Assembly: GCA_003219225.1 (NCBI GenBank)
Contig: QHPZ01000130.1
Coordinates: 1 to 27,201 of the forward strand
Direction: 5' to 3'
Source of the DNA: Verrucomicrobiota bacterium
GTDB lineage: Bacteria > Verrucomicrobiota > Verrucomicrobiia > Chthoniobacterales > UBA10450
Length of the DNA: 27,201 nucleotides
In this document: positions 24,234-27,201 of the stretch, in pieces
How positions within the stretch are numbered: the stretch's first letter is position 1
Layout: every line of letters starts with the position of its first letter
Program-made: the position numbers and the translations under genes
The notes under the pieces: model-generated
What the model was told of the DNA's origin: nothing
What the model saw: the letters and a program-made list of their open reading frames with translations, nothing else
Database searches by the model: none

Positions 24234-25157
24234 ATGGAGTGGAGCTTTCGAGCAGCCGCAGAACTTGTCACCCGGATCTATGCAGGAGTGGCTGGTGCGG
24301 TGTTTCTCGTTTCTGGGCTATTATACCTCTGCCTGGGCCACTGGCAGGTTACTCATTTAGATTTCTGGCGGATCTACGATGTTTGTTTAAACCGGTCCTG
24401 GCTGGAGAGCGCGCTTCTAAAGTACAACGGACACTCTCATTTCTTTCCGAGCCAGCTTTGGCTCGCGGACCTGCGCTTCTGCCATGGCAACATGGAGCTG
24501 CTCTTTGTTGCAGGCCTGGTTCTGCTAGGTTTGACCGTCGCCGGATTAATCGTCGTGGTGTGGGGCGACGCACAGATTGGGCTGAGCAGCAAGATCCTCG
24601 CTACATTCGTAATTATCGCGGCCAATTTCTGGATGGGTCGAGCTACGACCACGGCATCGGGTGGATTCAACTGCTGTTATTCGCTTACTCTTGGAGGTGT
24701 CGTTCTCGCATTCTTGGGCCTACGCCTGCTGCCTGCGAGTGCGCACCCAGTTGGGCTGACCTGTGGGATCGTGATCGCTGCCGTCGTGAGTTCTTTCAGC
24801 TTTGCCACCGGCCTCGCTCTGTGGCCAACCCTCTTGTTTCTCGGTTACTGTATGCGGTTTCGCCTGCACCGTCTTGTTGTTCTGGGCCTCGCCGGCATTG
24901 TGACTGCCGCCGTGTTCGTTTCACTCCCGTCGCGCGAAGCGTCTGGTGGCCTGATGCTCGGTCCTGATGTGGCCGCTGCTTTCATCAAGTTACCAGGCTT
25001 GTTGTGTCGGCTCATTGGCAGCCCGATTGCCCATGTTGTCGGAGCCTGGTTCGACGACAAAACGGCTCGTGAGTTAATCGATGCGTCGGGCTTCTCATTA
25101 TACATAGGGGCGCTGGGCGCCGCCCTCTCGGGTCTCATCGTGGTTCCGCGCTGGTGA
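24234..25157 (+). CDS. Multi-pass membrane protein (GT-C-like), N-terminal part of a probably split gene
   Basis: TM, then THLDFW, NGHSHFFP, several TM helices; ends abruptly at PRW-stop overlapping the next ORF. Confidence 0.55.
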   Translation: MEWSFRAAAELVTRIYAGVAGAVFLVSGLLYLCLGHWQVTHLDFWRIYDVCLNRSWLESALLKYNGHSHFFPSQLWLADLRFCHGNMELLFVAGLVLLGLTVAGLIVVVWGDAQIGLSSKILATFVIIAANFWMGRATTTASGGFNCCYSLTLGGVVLAFLGLRLLPASAHPVGLTCGIVIAAVVSSFSFATGLALWPTLLFLGYCMRFRLHRLVVLGLAGIVTAAVFVSLPSREASGGLMLGPDVAAAFIKLPGLLCRLIGSPIAHVVGAWFDDKTARELIDASGFSLYIGALGAALSGLIVVPRW

Positions 25158-25948
25158 CTTTCAATTTGATTGCGTTGTCGCTGATCGTGCTCGGTCGGTC
25201 GCAGCGCATGTTTTCGATTCCCGCTGAGACGATGGCCCCGCGTTATCTTTTTTGGAGCAGCCTGCTCTGGGCCGGCATCTTGGTGGTGATGATTGCTCAA
25301 GCTGAAACGATCCACTGGCTTCGTGCTCCGACTTGGGTGGTAATTCTCGCGGCGCCGATCGTTCTTTTTCCTTCACATTTCAAAGAGGGACTGCGATGGC
25401 GCTATATCAGGTGCCGAAGTGACTCTGGTGCTATTGCCTTGCTCAATGGTGTTCAAGACAGCGAGCGCGCTCAGTTCCTGGCACCTTATACCGACATCGT
25501 CTACCGGGTCGGCGGCCAAATGCGTGCTCGACGACTTGATTTTTTCGCGCCCGGTTATCAGGAGTGGATTGGTCGAAGCGCCGCCGATTTGTTTGGCGAT
25601 CGAGAAGCGCCGAGAGCTTGCACGTGGCACTGCCGTGTGGTCAAAACCGTGACGGCACATGACGGAATCGCTGCGCGCTTGTTCGGGATAGCGCCACGAG
25701 GAGAGAACACCAGGGCTGAGCTCTTCGTTGTGCTCGATCCAAACGGTGTAGTGCGTGGGCTGGCACGCGCCTGCTCAACAAGCGCCTTATTGAACACGGT
25801 TTTGTACTTGAACCGAGCTCCAAACACAACACTTACTGGCTATGTTCGCAGCTACGATCCCGCGCTGCAGTATACGTTGCGCTGTGTCGAGGACGGCAAA
25901 TTGTCTACGGGTACGACGCGTCTCCCTGCTACCATGCCCAGACAATAG
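25154..25948 (+). CDS. Membrane protein, C-terminal part of the same probable gene
   Basis: Begins mid-TM (VTFNLIALSLIVLGR), APRYLFWSSLLW motif, then a soluble domain. Confidence 0.55.
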   Translation: MTFNLIALSLIVLGRSQRMFSIPAETMAPRYLFWSSLLWAGILVVMIAQAETIHWLRAPTWVVILAAPIVLFPSHFKEGLRWRYIRCRSDSGAIALLNGVQDSERAQFLAPYTDIVYRVGGQMRARRLDFFAPGYQEWIGRSAADLFGDREAPRACTWHCRVVKTVTAHDGIAARLFGIAPRGENTRAELFVVLDPNGVVRGLARACSTSALLNTVLYLNRAPNTTLTGYVRSYDPALQYTLRCVEDGKLSTGTTRLPATMPRQ

Positions 25949-26017
25949 CCAGAAGATCGCCAAGAGGCAGTTATCGCGTTTGAGCAGCCAATAGACCGCC
26001 CTCACTGTACTCGCTAC

Positions 26018-27031
26018 TCACGAACTCAAATAGGTCGCGAGAAAAAGATTCATGATATGTCTCGTTACTTCTGGGCGAACATGCCGCAAATCTGGATCCC
26101 ATGTTTGGGCGCGCTCGGAGTTGAGAACAATTTCGTAGCTTGGGAAGTAGTCAACGTTCTCGTGCGCCGTCGCCCATTGCTGGGCCACGGTCCTTAGTAG
26201 CGATTTGGAGTAGGTGTTAGCCAAAACAATGTCTTGATTTGAAAAGGTCGCCATCAAAGGCACGGGCGACACCGTTACTACGATTTGCACATCGGGGTGG
26301 CCAAACCGGGAAAGTAACGCGTGAATGCGCTCAAGGTTCGCCAGGTTTTGTGAAAAGTTCGTGACGTGGAACTCGTAGCGCTCTGGATGCAAATCCAGGC
26401 TAAAAAAGGGCGTTGAATTAATAAAGCTGTCCGCCTCCTTGTCGCGCCAAGCTTCGACCAGGCCTAAGGTGATGATGACGACACGACACTCGGCCGCACG
26501 CCGGTTAACCGTTTGCATGAGCGTCCGCCGCTGCCAGGTTTCCTCTTCCCCCGCAAGTGGCAGCGTGGGATTGATGTGCGGATCGACCACCAGTCCGTTG
26601 CCAAGATCGACAATGCTGTTGGCTGGGAATTTTGCTTCCGGGTCGAGCGCCCAATGAAGCTCGTTATGAATCGAAAAGGTGTTGTACTTGTTGGTAAAGC
26701 CGAGCCCGGTTACATCCTTGTTGATTGTCTGGAAGGAGGCAAACTCCGGTGCTGCACTCAGCACCTGCATCTTGCGCCCGAGCAGCGCCTGTTCGATTCC
26801 GCGCGCAAAGCAGGAGCCGATGGCAAAGAGTTTGTCGTCGCGGTGGAACTTGAAGCGCGGTGTTATTTTCGGCGTGAATAGCGGTTGGCGCAGACGTTGG
26901 AACGCCAATTGACCACCGGGTTGATCCGGCGCAGCACCTTTCTTGTACCAGCGACTGCAACTATTGTGATCGAAATTGCGCCGCGCCGTGACCGCGTCCG
27001 CGATGTAGGTGGAGCCCTCGAAGTCCAACAT
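26018..27031 (-). CDS. GSCFA-domain protein (putative SGNH-like hydrolase)
   Basis: AIGSCFAR signature, IITLGLVEAW, IVVTVSPVPL, NTYSKSLLR, YFPSYEI, DLRHV; start at the ATG at 27031. Confidence 0.9.
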   Translation of the reverse strand: MLDFEGSTYIADAVTARRNFDHNSCSRWYKKGAAPDQPGGQLAFQRLRQPLFTPKITPRFKFHRDDKLFAIGSCFARGIEQALLGRKMQVLSAAPEFASFQTINKDVTGLGFTNKYNTFSIHNELHWALDPEAKFPANSIVDLGNGLVVDPHINPTLPLAGEEETWQRRTLMQTVNRRAAECRVVIITLGLVEAWRDKEADSFINSTPFFSLDLHPERYEFHVTNFSQNLANLERIHALLSRFGHPDVQIVVTVSPVPLMATFSNQDIVLANTYSKSLLRTVAQQWATAHENVDYFPSYEIVLNSERAQTWDPDLRHVRPEVTRHIMNLFLATYLSS

Positions 27032-27041
27032 TGCTTTCGCC

Positions 27042-27201
27042 CTAGGACGCCGCGCGTTCTTCCGGGCGCTGGCCGGTTTCGGCTTCGGCGCGCTCTTTGA
27101 GTGCGGCCTTACGCGAGAGTTTGACGCGCCCCTTGTCATCGATGCCGATGCATTTAACCCAAATCATGTCGCCGATGTTCGCTACATCTTCGGTGCGCTT
27201 T
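27042..27201 (-). CDS. pnp: Polyribonucleotide nucleotidyltransferase, C-terminal S1-domain end (partial, runs off the window; not in the ORF track)
   Basis: Manual translation: [52 protein letters not shown]-stop. Confidence 0.85.
   Translation of the reverse strand, partial: KRTEDVANIGDMIWVKCIGIDDKGRVKLSRKAALKERAEAETGQRPEERAAS

Noticed and set aside
6677-27031. Prophage, IS or integrase explaining the accessory blocks
   Set aside because: No integrase, transposase, tRNA or phage gene is visible in any frame.
27032-27139. N-terminal extension of the GSCFA ORF
   Set aside because: Overlaps the pnp 3' end in another frame.

Overview
High-GC bacterial chromosomal window; the gene families suggest Verrucomicrobiota/Spartobacteria (inference, not verified). 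A minus-strand housekeeping backbone (pnp 3' end, PAS histidine kinase, sigma54 response regulator, glmM, scpB, serine hydrolase, lemA, TPM protein) is interrupted by two accessory blocks. Block 1 (~6.7-18.4 kb) holds a selenocysteine formate dehydrogenase with in-frame UGA and a canonical SECIS, its Fe-S and NrfD-type subunits, and fdhD/MOSC/mobA. Divergent from these are a cNMP-binding histidine kinase and a membrane class III nucleotide cyclase with non-canonical specificity residues. Block 2 (~19.8-27.0 kb) is a surface-glycosylation module (two GT2, SDR epimerase, GT-C-like membrane proteins, GSCFA protein). About ten GTAG/GGAG/GTGG-type REP elements occur; several are translated in frame inside proteins or supply stop codons. 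Several lesions (inverted segment at 1-624, fdh frameshift, split membrane gene) may be real or may be assembly/amplification artefacts.
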